DNA from: Smithellaceae bacterium
Lineage (GTDB): Bacteria > Desulfobacterota > Syntrophia > Syntrophales > Smithellaceae
Reading direction: 5' to 3'
Assembly (NCBI GenBank): GCA_963667845.2
Contig: CAXXVL010000002.1
Span: 96,001 to 160,000, forward strand
Length of the DNA stretch: 64,000 bases
Position numbers and translations under genes: made by a program. The notes below the pieces were generated by a model. It was not told the origin of the DNA. It saw only the letters and a program-made list of their open reading frames with translations, and searched no databases. This document shows positions 38,133 to 46,720 of this stretch, one piece after another. Numbering within the stretch: the stretch's first letter is position 1; every line of letters begins with the position of its first letter.

Positions 38133-39431
38133 ATGAACGAAAACAACACCAGTCCGAAAGAATCCTCTGAACTGAAAACCGGCGGCTGGCGGGCGCATTA
38201 TGTCCTCGTTGTCTGCACCCTCCTTTACATCATTAATTACATGGACCGGCAGGTCTTCTCCGTTATTCTTCAGCCGATGAAGATCGACCTGGGATTAACG
38301 GACGCGCAGTGCGGCCTGGCTTCCACAGTGCTGATCTTCGGCATGGCGTTTTTTTCCTTTCCTATTGCCTACCTGATTGACCGCTGGAGCCGCAGGAAGG
38401 CAGTCGCCCTGATGGCCGTCCTGTGGAGCATTGCCACGTTTGTCACGGGACTTGCGAAAAGCTTTACCGGCGTTTTGATTCCCCGTTTTTTTGTGGGCCT
38501 GGGTGAGGCCGGATTTGTCCCCGGCGGCACGGCCATGATCAGCGCTTCTTATCCCAAAGAACGGCGCGGCTGGGCCATGGGCATTTTCCATATCGCCATC
38601 CCCCTGGGCGCGGCAGCCGGCGTCATTCTGGGCGGCATCATTTCCGTCAAATACGGCTGGCGGACGCCTTTTCTTTTCTTTGCCGTCCCCGGCGTGATCC
38701 TGGGCATTCTGGCCTTCTTTATGAAAGATTATAAAACCGCAGAACGTCCCGATACTGCCGGCGGCATCAAGGGATTTTTTATCGCGCTCATCGATGTTTT
38801 AAAACTGCCGACCATGCGCTGGTATTATCCGGGATTGGGCATTGCGGTCTTTATGACCTCGTCGTTTCTGGTCTGGCTGCCGAGCCTGATGATGCGCACG
38901 CTGCACATCACCGAGGCAACCGCCGGGATGATCACCGGCGGCATAGGACTGACAGCGATCATCGGCGCGCCGCTGGGCGGCTTCCTCGCCGATTTCTGGC
39001 AGAAGAAAAACCCGCGGGGACGGATGTATATCCCGGTGGTAGCCTACATTTTCGGCGGTTCGATGCTGATTGCGGCAGTGCTCACGCATTTCAGCTATCT
39101 GGGTATCGCGTTTGCCGCCCTGTTCGGAATCGCTTCGGCGATGGCGATGCCGGCGATCGCCGCCATCTCACAGGATGTCGTGCCGGTGGCGCACAAAGGG
39201 CTTTCCATGGGGCTCGCGATCTTCGCCCAATACATGCTGGGCGGCGCCTGGGGACCCTATATCGTCGGGTTTGTCTCCGACCGGCTGGGCGGCGGCGCCG
39301 AGGGCCTGGGCACGGCCTTCATGCTTTGCGGACTCTTCGGTATTGCGGCGGGCATTCTCTTTTTCATCGCGTCACGCACTTATCCTGCTGATTTGCAGAA
39401 GGTAAAGGACGAAACGATTCTCGCAGAATAG
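38133..39431 (+). CDS. MFS transporter (Spinster-like)
   Basis: INYMDRQ, DRWSRR, RFFVGLGEA; about 12 TM. Confidence 0.92.
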   Translation: MNENNTSPKESSELKTGGWRAHYVLVVCTLLYIINYMDRQVFSVILQPMKIDLGLTDAQCGLASTVLIFGMAFFSFPIAYLIDRWSRRKAVALMAVLWSIATFVTGLAKSFTGVLIPRFFVGLGEAGFVPGGTAMISASYPKERRGWAMGIFHIAIPLGAAAGVILGGIISVKYGWRTPFLFFAVPGVILGILAFFMKDYKTAERPDTAGGIKGFFIALIDVLKLPTMRWYYPGLGIAVFMTSSFLVWLPSLMMRTLHITEATAGMITGGIGLTAIIGAPLGGFLADFWQKKNPRGRMYIPVVAYIFGGSMLIAAVLTHFSYLGIAFAALFGIASAMAMPAIAAISQDVVPVAHKGLSMGLAIFAQYMLGGAWGPYIVGFVSDRLGGGAEGLGTAFMLCGLFGIAAGILFFIASRTYPADLQKVKDETILAE

Positions 39432-39523
39432 ACGTGAGGGCAGGCTCGCCACCCGCAGGGTGGTCGCGGACCTACCCCGAAGATCTGCAGAAAGTGAAGC
39501 ATGAGACGATTCTGGCTGAATAA

Positions 39524-41881
39524 ATGAGCCGCGGAGAAACATCTATGAACAGTCAGATTGCCAAGGTCGATCTTGATCCCGGGGGTGGGCAGGCACCGGC
39601 GGAAGGATCAGGGCGCAGAGGAATTGTGCGCTTTGCGTGGCTTCCCATTCCACTGCTTTTGGCCGCAATCATCGTGTTCAGGATAGCGGGACTGAGCGAA
39701 TCCCATGAAGCCCCGATGCTGAGGCTCGTCTTGAGCTTCACCTTCTACACACTTGTCGCACTGGGCGCACTCATTCTCATCGGGCGAAGTTTCCTGGCGA
39801 CGGGAGCACCAGGTTTGCTGCTGCTGGAATGCGGAGTGATCCTCTGGAGTCTGGCTGGTACGGTTGGAGACGCAGTCTCCTGCGGCGATGTGAATATCAA
39901 TGTCACGATCTTCAATACAGCTATCTTGCTCGCGGGAATTTGTCTTCTGGCCGGTGCCATCCTTTCAATACCTCCAAAGAGAGCACTCCCCAACCGCCCC
40001 TTTTGGCTGGGAGCGGGTTGCGCGCTTGCCCTTGGCGTGATGGGGTTACTCACATGGGCGGCACTCACGCACCGCCTGCCGGTTTTTTTCATCCAGGGTC
40101 AGGGAGGCACTCCGGTTCGCTTCTGGGTTCTCATTTCGGCCATCTTCGTGTTCGTGCTGTCCGCAGGCCTGCTGTTGGCCAGCCAACGTCGGGCCCATTC
40201 CCCCTTTACCTTTTGGTTTGCTCTCGCCCTGCTTCTGCTCGCTGTGGGGCTGTTCGGCATCATGATCCAGTTGTCACTGGGCTGTATCGTGAATTGGTTG
40301 AGCCGCACGGCACAGTGGCTCGGTGGATTCTATCTCTTCATGGCCGCCGTGGCCGCGCTGCGCGGGTCAGGTCTGGAATTTCTGCCGTCTAAAGAGCAAT
40401 CGCATTCGACGCTCTATCATTATGCCCTGACTGTTGTGATAGTTGTGGCATCAGCCGCTATACGCTTGGCGTTTCTTCCCGCCATGGGAACGCAAGCCCC
40501 CTTCCTGACCTTCTTTCCCGCCGTTACGCTGGCCGCTCTCTATGGCGGGTTTAGATCGGGCATGCTGGCTACGATACTGTCGGCGATATTGACAGTCTAT
40601 TTCTGGATGGAGCCCGCCGGCCGGTTTGACATTATCGAACCGAGCAACTGGCTGGCCACCGTGATTTTTCTTCTGAGCGGCACGATGATAGCCTTTGTCA
40701 CTGAAGCAATGCATAGTGCCCAGGACCGAGCCTCCGGTGCAGAAAAGCAGGCCTTGCTCTCCGCAGAACGAGCGGCCGCTTCTGAAATGATGCGCGAGAG
40801 TGAAGAAAAGTACCACACTCTATTCACCGGCATGACCGAGGGCTTTGCTATCCATGAGTTGATCACTGATAAATTCGGCAAGCCTCTCGACTACCGTTTT
40901 TTGGAAGTAAACCCTGCTTTTGAGCGGATGACGGGTCTGGATCGCCGGGATGTTGTCGGAAAAACTCTTAACGAGGTCTTGCCTGGTGATGACCCTAAGT
41001 GGCTCCAATTGTATGCTCAAGTTACCTTGACCGGCAAACCGATACAGTTTGAGAACTATTCCCCTGTCTTAAAGCGACACTATGAAGTTTTCTCCTATCG
41101 CGCCGCCCCGATGCAATTTGCCGTCATCTTCATGGACATTACAGATCGCAAGCAAGCGGAAGAGGCCCTCAAACAGCAATCCGAAAGGCTGGTGGCGGCC
41201 AACAAAGAGATGGAATCTTTCGCCTACTCGGTCTCCCATGACCTGCGTGCTCCGCTTCGGGCTATTGAAGGCTTTTCTCGAATCCTGCTCAGTAAAATGA
41301 CCGGTAAATTGGATGATGATGAAAGACGGCGATTTGAAGTGATCCGGGAAAGCACAAAGAAAATGGGCGAGCTCATCGATCGCCTCCTTGATTTTTCACG
41401 GCTGGGACGACAATCCATGTCTATAGCGGATATCCAGATGCCGGGACTCGTTAAAGATGTATCTGAAGAGCTTCTGGCGGCCAACTCCGATCGCAAAATA
41501 TCAGTGAAAGTGGGCCATCTGGCGGCAGTCTGGGGAGACAAAGTGTTGATAAAGCAGGTCCTCGTGAACCTTTTATCCAATGCTGTTAAATTCACCAGGA
41601 ACAGGGAAGAAGCTGTCATCGAGGTCGGCAGCGAGACGAAAGACTCGGAAGTCATCTTTTTCGTCCGGGATAACGGCGTCGGCTTCGACATGCAATATTA
41701 TGGAAAGCTGTTCGGCGTTTTCCAGCGCCTCCACAGCGATGAAGAGTTCGAGGGAAGCGGAGCGGGACTGGCCATCGTTCAACGCATCATTTACCGCCAC
41801 GGAGGCAGGGTCTGGGCAGAAGGCGAAGTGGGCAAAGGTGCCACCTTTTACTTTACGCTGCGCTGCGCGTCGCAGAATTAG
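39524..41881 (+). CDS. Multi-TM sensor histidine kinase (TM bundle, DUF4118-like, PAS, HisKA, HATPase)
   Basis: SHDLRAPL, NLLSNAVKF, DNGVGF, FQRLH, GLAIV; start may be 39545. Confidence 0.9.
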   Translation: MSRGETSMNSQIAKVDLDPGGGQAPAEGSGRRGIVRFAWLPIPLLLAAIIVFRIAGLSESHEAPMLRLVLSFTFYTLVALGALILIGRSFLATGAPGLLLLECGVILWSLAGTVGDAVSCGDVNINVTIFNTAILLAGICLLAGAILSIPPKRALPNRPFWLGAGCALALGVMGLLTWAALTHRLPVFFIQGQGGTPVRFWVLISAIFVFVLSAGLLLASQRRAHSPFTFWFALALLLLAVGLFGIMIQLSLGCIVNWLSRTAQWLGGFYLFMAAVAALRGSGLEFLPSKEQSHSTLYHYALTVVIVVASAAIRLAFLPAMGTQAPFLTFFPAVTLAALYGGFRSGMLATILSAILTVYFWMEPAGRFDIIEPSNWLATVIFLLSGTMIAFVTEAMHSAQDRASGAEKQALLSAERAAASEMMRESEEKYHTLFTGMTEGFAIHELITDKFGKPLDYRFLEVNPAFERMTGLDRRDVVGKTLNEVLPGDDPKWLQLYAQVTLTGKPIQFENYSPVLKRHYEVFSYRAAPMQFAVIFMDITDRKQAEEALKQQSERLVAANKEMESFAYSVSHDLRAPLRAIEGFSRILLSKMTGKLDDDERRRFEVIRESTKKMGELIDRLLDFSRLGRQSMSIADIQMPGLVKDVSEELLAANSDRKISVKVGHLAAVWGDKVLIKQVLVNLLSNAVKFTRNREEAVIEVGSETKDSEVIFFVRDNGVGFDMQYYGKLFGVFQRLHSDEEFEGSGAGLAIVQRIIYRHGGRVWAEGEVGKGATFYFTLRCASQN

Positions 41882-42274
41882 AGCTTTCCCGGGCCGAAAT
41901 AGATGGCATTCAACTGTTTAAGAATCGTAAACCCTATCCGCTTTAACAGAACACACGATTCCATATTGTCTGCATCTTAAGCCTTAATGAATGATTGAGA
42001 TTCATTATATCAACAATAGATTGTCCTGATAGATTATTATTGATAAATTTTTCATTCTGATAAAAGCCCATTTGCAGAGTTCCTCCTTAAATCTTTTGCA
42101 ATCCGTTGTTTACAGAAGATAGAAGATCAGCGGGTGAATGCCGATAAATGATTCAATTTGACTCCCGGGATTTTGGCGCTTATTCGCTGTGGAAAAATAA
42201 TCAAACTTGAGAGTCTGGAGAAAATCTGTTAAATTTTTAAAACAGGGACGGCAACTATCGGAGAAAAATCAAAG

Positions 42275-44845
42275 ATGACCCAGGTGCAAGGAAAATGGTG
42301 GACAACCGTTCAGAATAGATTGATCCTGATTCTCCTTTGTATTCTCATTCCTGTCTTGGCGATTCAAGCCTACATTTACTATAACAATTATCAAGATCAA
42401 CGCCAGTTGGAATTTCGGGCCAATCTGGAAGTAGCCCGTGCCGTCTCCAAAGGATTTGAATCATTCGTCAAGGATGTTCTTCATCAGGAGCTGACACTGG
42501 GACTTGCGCTGACCTCTTCTCGGCCGATGAGCTCCAAGGACATAACCCGCATCCTCGGGAGCAGCCGGGACTACGTGGCTGTACGCGATTTCACCTGGTT
42601 GAATCCGAATGGCAAAGCAGTTTATTCCAGCAATCCCGATGTGGTCGGCGTCGATTACAGTGACCGGTCCTATTTTCGTGAAGTCGTTAATGGCCGCGAA
42701 TGGACGGTCGGCGAGCTTGTTCAAGCGAAGTCCACCAACAAAGCGGTCTTCGGTATCACGCGCGGTATTCGGAATGAAAAAGGCACCCTGCTCGGCATAG
42801 TCCTTGCCGCAATTCTTCCGGAAAAATTAGAAGACCGTCTCGCTGTTGAAAGACGCAAGGGAGGCGGCTTTGCGCTTATCGATAAAAAGGGCATGCTGGT
42901 TTTCCGCTACCCTGTTATCAAGGCCACATGGGAGGAGCGCAACTGGCTTGGCCAGTATCCCTGGCTTGGAAAAGTATTCAAAGGAGAAGAGATTAAAAGC
43001 ATCAGAGCATTTGCGAACTTTGAGGGGGAGACGCGTCTGCTCGCCGCAACGCCGGTTCCGTCTATCGGCTGGATCGTAACTGCCGCAACACGAGAAGATG
43101 AAATAACCGCCTCCATTCTCGATTCTATGGGCAAGAGTGTTCTTCTGTTTCTGGTCGTTGCCTTTGCCGCATTTTTTGCCGCTTTGATCTTTTCCCGGAA
43201 AATCGCCGGGCCTGTTAAAGCGCTGCGCGCTCACGCGCTTAGCTTAGGACAGGGGAAAATGCCCGAGCCGGTGAGGATCAATCATATTTGGGAGTTTCAG
43301 GATCTTGCGGGTGCCGTGAATACGATGGCCGAACAGGTGCAGGCGCGCGAAAAGGATTTGCGTGAAAGCGAAGCCCGCTTCCGCTCGGTGCTGGACAACT
43401 CCCAGGATGTTATTTATCGCCTGAACGTGCAAACAGGCCGCTTTGACTACATCAGCCCCTCCGCCGAAGCGGTGTCAGGCTTCTCACCCGTTGAATTAAT
43501 GGCGATGGATCCGGAGACGGCGTTGGCGATGATTCACCCTGAAGATTTGCCTGTTATGCAAGACCTAGCGGAGCGATTGGACGACTCCGCCGAGATAGAA
43601 GTGGAATACCGTCAGCGGACAAAATACGGCGACTACCGCTGGCTTTCCAATCATATGTCCCTTGTCAAAGACGACACCGGTCAGGTGCTGTATCGCGACG
43701 GTAACATTCGCGACATCACGGACAGTAAGCATGCCCAGGAAGAACTGCGGAAAAGCGAGAGTCTGTACCGCGCCATTGGTGAAACAATTGACTATGGCAT
43801 TTGGGTCAGTGATTCCGCTGGCCGCAATATGTATGCAAGCAAATCTTTGCTTAACCTTGTGGGTTTGACCCAGGAACAGTGCTCAAACTTCGGGTGGTTT
43901 AAGGTGCTCCATCCGGACGATGTCGAAAGAACCATAGCCGCATGGACGGAATGTGTCCGCAACAGCGGTAATTGGAGCATCGAACACCGCTTCCGTGGTG
44001 CGGATGGACAGTGGTATAACGTATTGGCTCGGGGCGTTCCCGTGCGCAATGAACTAGGAGAGATCATTTGCTGGGCGGGCATTAATCTTGACATCACCAG
44101 TCTTAAAAAGGCGGAGATGGCCCTTCTGGAGAGAACGCAGCAATTAGAAGAATCCAACAAAGAATTAGAGAGCTTTACTTATTCTGTCGCTCATGACTTG
44201 AAGGCACCCATCAGGGCCATTGACGGTTTTTCCAGGATCTTCCTGAAGAAATACGGAGCTCATGTCGATGAAGACGCCGCGCGTATTTTAAACGTGATTC
44301 GCAGCAGTACGGAAAAGATGAATGTTCTGATTGACGGTCTTCTCTCCTTTTCAAGAGTTCTTCGAGATAAAATGATTTTTCGGGAGATCAATATGGATAT
44401 CGTTGCCAACGAGGTATGGACGGATATTCACGCAATAAATCAAAAACGCGAACTCGAGGTGAAGATAGCAAAGCTTCCGGCCGGATTTGGGGATCTGATT
44501 CTAATCAGGCAAGTGCTTTTCAATCTTATCTCCAATGCCGTAAAATTTACGAAGAACCGCAAACCGGGCATTATCGAACTGAGCGGTTACAATGAGCATG
44601 GCAAAGTAGTTTATTGTGTCAAGGATAACGGGGCAGGGTTCGACATGGCTTATTATGATAAGCTCTTTAATGTCTTCCATCGCCTCCATAGTGATGAAGA
44701 CTTTGAGGGAACAGGCATAGGCCTGGCGATTGTGCAGCGCATCGTCAAACGCCATGGCGGTGAGGTATGGGCAGACGGAGCAGTGGACAAGGGAGCAACT
44801 TTCTATTTTTCACTTCCCGCCAAGGACGATGGTATGAACAGCTGA
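42275..44845 (+). CDS. Sensor histidine kinase (Cache, HAMP, 2 PAS, HisKA, HATPase)
   Basis: DRSYF Cache motif, HPED/HPDD PAS motifs, AHDLKAP, GTGIGL. Confidence 0.92.
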   Translation: MTQVQGKWWTTVQNRLILILLCILIPVLAIQAYIYYNNYQDQRQLEFRANLEVARAVSKGFESFVKDVLHQELTLGLALTSSRPMSSKDITRILGSSRDYVAVRDFTWLNPNGKAVYSSNPDVVGVDYSDRSYFREVVNGREWTVGELVQAKSTNKAVFGITRGIRNEKGTLLGIVLAAILPEKLEDRLAVERRKGGGFALIDKKGMLVFRYPVIKATWEERNWLGQYPWLGKVFKGEEIKSIRAFANFEGETRLLAATPVPSIGWIVTAATREDEITASILDSMGKSVLLFLVVAFAAFFAALIFSRKIAGPVKALRAHALSLGQGKMPEPVRINHIWEFQDLAGAVNTMAEQVQAREKDLRESEARFRSVLDNSQDVIYRLNVQTGRFDYISPSAEAVSGFSPVELMAMDPETALAMIHPEDLPVMQDLAERLDDSAEIEVEYRQRTKYGDYRWLSNHMSLVKDDTGQVLYRDGNIRDITDSKHAQEELRKSESLYRAIGETIDYGIWVSDSAGRNMYASKSLLNLVGLTQEQCSNFGWFKVLHPDDVERTIAAWTECVRNSGNWSIEHRFRGADGQWYNVLARGVPVRNELGEIICWAGINLDITSLKKAEMALLERTQQLEESNKELESFTYSVAHDLKAPIRAIDGFSRIFLKKYGAHVDEDAARILNVIRSSTEKMNVLIDGLLSFSRVLRDKMIFREINMDIVANEVWTDIHAINQKRELEVKIAKLPAGFGDLILIRQVLFNLISNAVKFTKNRKPGIIELSGYNEHGKVVYCVKDNGAGFDMAYYDKLFNVFHRLHSDEDFEGTGIGLAIVQRIVKRHGGEVWADGAVDKGATFYFSLPAKDDGMNS

Positions 44846-44955
44846 GAATTACTATTTGATGTCCGCTGATCAGTCCGTTTGGTAATCATCGGTTTTCATA
44901 CTTCATGATTCTACTGACCCGCAGGTGAAACAGGTAGCCGGCTTTTTTTATTGAT

Positions 44956-44984
44956 TTGACATTCACCGCCCTTCTCTTTATTCT
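44956..44984 (+). promoter_or_regulatory. sigma70 promoter
   Basis: TTGACA-17-TATTCT. Confidence 0.6.
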
Positions 44985-45010
44985 CTTCTTCAATACGGAT
45001 GATGTGAGGG

Positions 45011-46342
45011 TTGAAAATGGACGAACAAAAGATAAGAGAAGACGTTGTTGCGACGATCGCTCGCTATGTGCAGTTTGACACGACCAACCCCCCGGGCAAT
45101 GAAATGCCTGCCGCCCTGTGGGTTCGGGACCAGCTCACGGGCCGCAAGATTACTTCCGACATCACAGTTTACGAACCCCTTCCCGGACGGGGTCTGGTCG
45201 TCGCCCGCATCGCCGGGTCGGAAAATCTGAAACCGCTCATGATTAATCATCACATCGATGTGGTTGCCGCCGATCCTTCGCAGTGGACTCATCCGCCATT
45301 CGGCGGTGTGGTCGCCGACGGCTTTGTCTGGGGACGCGGCACGCTCGACACGAAGGGTCTGGGTGTCATGTTTCTGCTGGCGCTGGAATCGCTCCTCAAA
45401 GAAGGTGTGCGATTCCGCCGTCCCATTGTTTTTACCGCTGTGCCCGATGAAGAACCCGGCGGCGACAACGGCATGCGCTGGCTGGTCGAAAATCACATAA
45501 AGGATATCGATCCCGAATGGGTGTGGGATGAAGGGAGCGGCGGGCTGAAAGATGTATTCGGTAAAGGAATTGTCTTCGCCGTTGCTGTTGCTGAAAAACA
45601 GATTTACCGGTTCAAACTCATCGCGGAAGGCGAACCGGGGCACGGATCCATGCCGCATGCCAATAGCGCCAACACCCGTCTCATCGCCGCCCTGCAAAGA
45701 ATCATCGAAACACCCCGGCCTTTGAGGGCCGGTCCGGCTTCGGCGGCCATGTTTGCGGGGCTTGCCTCGACGCAAAAGTTTCCCGCGTCTTTCCTGCTTA
45801 GCCACCTGGCCAATCCGCTCGCCTTAAAACTGGCGGGCAAGTCACTGGCCGCGGAAAAATTTACCAACGCCGTGCTGCGGGATACCGTCAGCGTCAATAT
45901 TATTCAGGCCGGCTATCAGATCAATGTTATCCCCGAACGCGCGGAAGCACACCTGGATTGCCGCCTGCTTCCGGAAACGGACGCCAGGGAATTTCGTCAG
46001 TGGCTCGTTTCCCGCATCGCCGATGACCGCATCCGGATACAAATGATCCAGACGTCGCCGCCTTCGGGACTGGCGCCAATCGATAATCCGTTTTATCGGG
46101 CGGTAACATCCGCCATTCAGAAATATACTCCCGGCGCGGGAGTATTTCCGCTGCTCATGGCCGGAGCGACGGACGGCCGCTACTGGCGAGAACGAGGTTA
46201 TCCGGCCTATGGCTTCACGCCGATGCTCCTGGAAAAGAGCGACATCGGCCGCGTGCACGGAATCGACGAACGCATTTCCGTCGACAATCTTCTTTTGGGG
46301 ATTAAAATAACCCGGGATATGATCAGAGAACTGTGCATGTAG
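45011..46342 (+). CDS. M20/M25/M40 metallohydrolase
   Basis: HIDVV, WGRGTLDTKG, DEE, DEG, GATD, HGIDE. Confidence 0.92.
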   Translation: MKMDEQKIREDVVATIARYVQFDTTNPPGNEMPAALWVRDQLTGRKITSDITVYEPLPGRGLVVARIAGSENLKPLMINHHIDVVAADPSQWTHPPFGGVVADGFVWGRGTLDTKGLGVMFLLALESLLKEGVRFRRPIVFTAVPDEEPGGDNGMRWLVENHIKDIDPEWVWDEGSGGLKDVFGKGIVFAVAVAEKQIYRFKLIAEGEPGHGSMPHANSANTRLIAALQRIIETPRPLRAGPASAAMFAGLASTQKFPASFLLSHLANPLALKLAGKSLAAEKFTNAVLRDTVSVNIIQAGYQINVIPERAEAHLDCRLLPETDAREFRQWLVSRIADDRIRIQMIQTSPPSGLAPIDNPFYRAVTSAIQKYTPGAGVFPLLMAGATDGRYWRERGYPAYGFTPMLLEKSDIGRVHGIDERISVDNLLLGIKITRDMIRELCM

Positions 46343-46640
46343 GAAACGGTCTGGCCGCCGCATGACCGAATGACCTGAAGGACACAGGAGGACACACGAG
46401 ATCCCGTGAGCAGTCGCGATAATCTGGAGTAGAAGAAACCCGTTTAAAAACGTATTTGAGCTGAAGAGAGAATCTGCCCTTTTTAATAGGTATGCTCTCT
46501 TTCAAACGATAACCAATGAGACATTCTCTTGACTTATTTATGACCTGGGTACACATAGAAATTAATTGAATAAGGCATTGTCAATCGGTTAACAACTAAT
46601 TTGACCCCTTTTGTAAAGGTGATGCCATGGAAAGATGATT

Positions 46641-46680
46641 AAAACCCTGTTTCTGAAAAGAAGCGGGGTTTTGCGTTTTA
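46641..46680 (+). terminator. Terminator-like hairpin about 40 nt upstream of caspase gene start
   Basis: aaaaccctgtttc/gaagcggggtttt followed by gcgtttta. Confidence 0.55.
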
Positions 46681-46720
46681 TGAAAGAAACCGGTCCGCTT
46701 GTTTGGATAGAGGAGGCAAT

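Noticed and set aside
39433..39478. ggggcagg..cctacccc hairpin after the MFS gene
   Set aside because: Single copy in window; cannot distinguish a REP from an ordinary stem-loop
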